A DNA stretch of 64,000 nt, from the NCBI RefSeq assembly GCF_036971445.1, contig NC_091471.1, positions 361,398,001 to 361,462,000 of the forward strand, in the 5' to 3' direction. Below, piece by piece: positions 61,611 to 64,000 of this stretch. The notes below the pieces were generated by a model. It was not told the origin of the DNA and did not search any database. It saw only the letters and a list, made by a program, of their open reading frames with translations. The position numbers and the translations under genes were made by a program. This stretch comes from Narcine bancroftii. Its lineage: Eukaryota. Every line of letters begins with the position of its first letter. Within the stretch, counting starts at the first letter, position 1.

Positions 61611-64000
61611 AAAATTTGCTATTTATCCTATGTTTGCTTATACACTGAAACCTCGGTAGAACGTGATTCATTAATCCGCAGAATCGCTTATAGCGCGGGT
61701 GTCTGTGGACCCCAAACTTTGCAAGTAAATTGATTAAAATTCAGAATCCCAATATTAAATGAATGCGCTTGCTTTCTTTCATTGAAATTGTTAGTTATAG
61801 ATAGCAGATCCTACGAAAACTGGTAATATTTGGGTTTGATTATCCGTGGGCACTCTGACATATATGCACCTGTTCCGCCACTCGGCTGTAAATTGGCATG
61901 AAATCTTGGATCCCAACTACCATGTTCTAATGAGGTTTCACTGTTCCTTGATGAAGGGTCAGACCCAAAATTTTCATTACATATCTTTATCTTTGCTCCA
62001 TAAAATACAGTATGTGACTTTTTGAGTTTTTCCTGCATTTTTATGTAACCTACCACCATCACCCTCTGCTTTCTTCCATGAAGACAATCTTCTATTTATT
62101 TTGCAGTAGCCTGCCATGTGGAACCTTATCTAATGCCTTGCTAAAATCCATATATAACATCTACCGCTGTGCCCTCAAAAATCTTTTTGGTCACATTTTC
62201 AAAAAAAAACTCATCTATTATAGTACATCCTTCCATAAGTGTGGAGACCAGACCTGTACATAACAACCTTGATATGATCTCATCAACACCCTGCATAACT
62301 GATGTGAGACATCACTAAACATAGTAAAAGGCCAACTTGCCATTTGCTTTCCTAAGTGTGACTGCAGATTAACTTGCAGTGATTCATGTGCAAGAACACC
62401 CTGTGAAAATCAACACCTTGCCATTATTTATAAATAGTGTTTTGTTTCTATTTAATGGACTGAAGTAGATAATTCTATATTTATTCACATTATATTCCAT
62501 ACATCGTCTGTTTGCCCATTCGCTCTGGCCATAGCCCCCTGATGCCTCTGTGTCATTCTGATCGCCACATTGCCAATGAGGCGCGTATCGTTAGTAAATA
62601 TGAATATATTGGACTTGATTCCCTCATTTAATTCTTCGCTGGAAATTGTGAGCAGCTGGGAGTGCCAGACCTACCAGACACAACTTTCGAACTCAAAATT
62701 AATCCTTTATTTGGACTCTGGTATCTATCCATTTACCAATTTTCATTCCACACAAGCATATTACCTCCCCCAATTCCATGATCCTTAATTTTGTTTAATG
62801 ATCTCTTTTGTGGCGCCTTATCTCTGAAAATCCAAGCGCTTCACATCTTCTCTGCTGGCTACAACCTCAAAAACAAACTCACCTACAGATTTTTAAGATA
62901 TTCTCCGATTCATGTTGACTTCGTTCAATCCTGCCTGGCTAACATGTCTTCGTTATAGATGCCAGTATTTTCTCAGTCACTATCAGCAAAATTCATTTAT
63001 TTTTGTTACATGTTCTTCTTTGTCCGCAACAAAGGGCAATGGATTATTGCAGAGCTCAACTGTATACTGAAAAAACATTGTCACAACCTGTGGTTAATTG
63101 TTGCCCAGTCACCTGTCTTATAATGTGTTGGGCATAGCCACTGGATGCTGAGCTCTGAAATTGTCCACTGACTCCTCTGCAATATATGCTACATTGCTGG
63201 ATGACACATGAAGAATTGCTTTCTTAAGAATGCAATCAATGGCAATGGAGTGTGCCCATGGATGGAGATGAAGTGAAGGAATGGGACGGCAGAACCGATG
63301 AAGGAAAAATAGGTGCGGAATGAAAACAAAAGGCACGGCAATTGAGAGCAAGATCCATCATCGCAGTTGACTCCAGAAATCATATAAAATTATTTTTTTG
63401 ACAAAACTGTTCAATTTGTGGATATTTTTAAATGGTGGTTTTATTGCACACAAAGGTTGATGTATCACCAGGAATACTCATGGGAGTTGCTTGTAATAAT
63501 CAAGTAAAAAATATGACAGAAGTTGACAATTTGTTTCATGAGAGGAATGTTACACTTGTTAATATGATTTGATGTTCATTTACTCCCTTTAATTCAAAAT
63601 TTATTCTTCAGCTAACAATCCTGCAGCAGCTTGTTGCTGAAGATGTCAACGACAAGACATGGGACAGAAGGAAAGAGTTGTCACTTAATTTGCACAGGAC
63701 AGAACTGCAGCCTGCTGAACTGTTCATTCCTGCCTTTCTCAGCATGTTCTCCAGAATGCAGTCTTGAGACTCACAAGGAGTGACCGCACTAAAAATTCCA
63801 GCTGCCCTGGCCACAACCTGACGGCCGAAGGTGAGCTCACAGCAGATTTCACTGTTAAATCCTTCCCAATTAGGGCAATAGCCCAAGGTGGCATAGATCT
63901 CCATCTACTGGCATGGCTGAGCACAGCTCAAGGTCTCTGCACTTTTGGGTGCATTTTATTGATTTTATGATCACAAAACCTCCAAGACTCGTATAGAACA

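Noticed and set aside
63107-63180. Possible minus-strand exon (GVSGQFQSSASSGYAQHIIRQ), and cog1 expected downstream of sstr2
   Set aside because: Weak acceptor and no recognisable homology; no COG1-like peptide was seen in the window.

Overview
Vertebrate genomic DNA, most likely a cartilaginous fish (shark or ray), inferred from the repeat landscape: Rex1/Babar, CR1, RTE and L1 LINEs, Penelope remnants, V-SINE-type SINEs, and Tc1/hAT/pogo-type elements. Positions 1-40500 hold the 5' part of slc39a11 (ZIP11) on the minus strand: three coding exons (40323-40216, 33790-33752, 7124-6966) in repeat-rich introns, plus a CpG promoter. Upstream sits a young, nearly intact class I (gamma-like) endogenous retrovirus (42099-50158) with HERV-I-like gag/pol and ERV3/HERV-E-like env. 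It has 476-bp LTRs differing at 2 sites, a tRNA-Pro PBS, an intact gag, a UAG readthrough junction with a predicted pseudoknot, pol frameshifted late in integrase, and an open env lacking its furin site. Instead of a 4-6 bp TSD, the provirus is flanked by a ~1.08-kb direct duplication of host DNA. Beyond it, head-to-head with slc39a11 where SSTR2 lies in human, is a decayed somatostatin-receptor pseudogene (DRY changed to D*Y, TM2 deleted). Its C-terminal tail is interrupted by a 2.7-kb 15/60-bp higher-order tandem repeat that keeps frame except for one 1-nt deletion. The last 7 kb are nested TE fragments. All family assignments come from motif recognition by eye; no searches were run.
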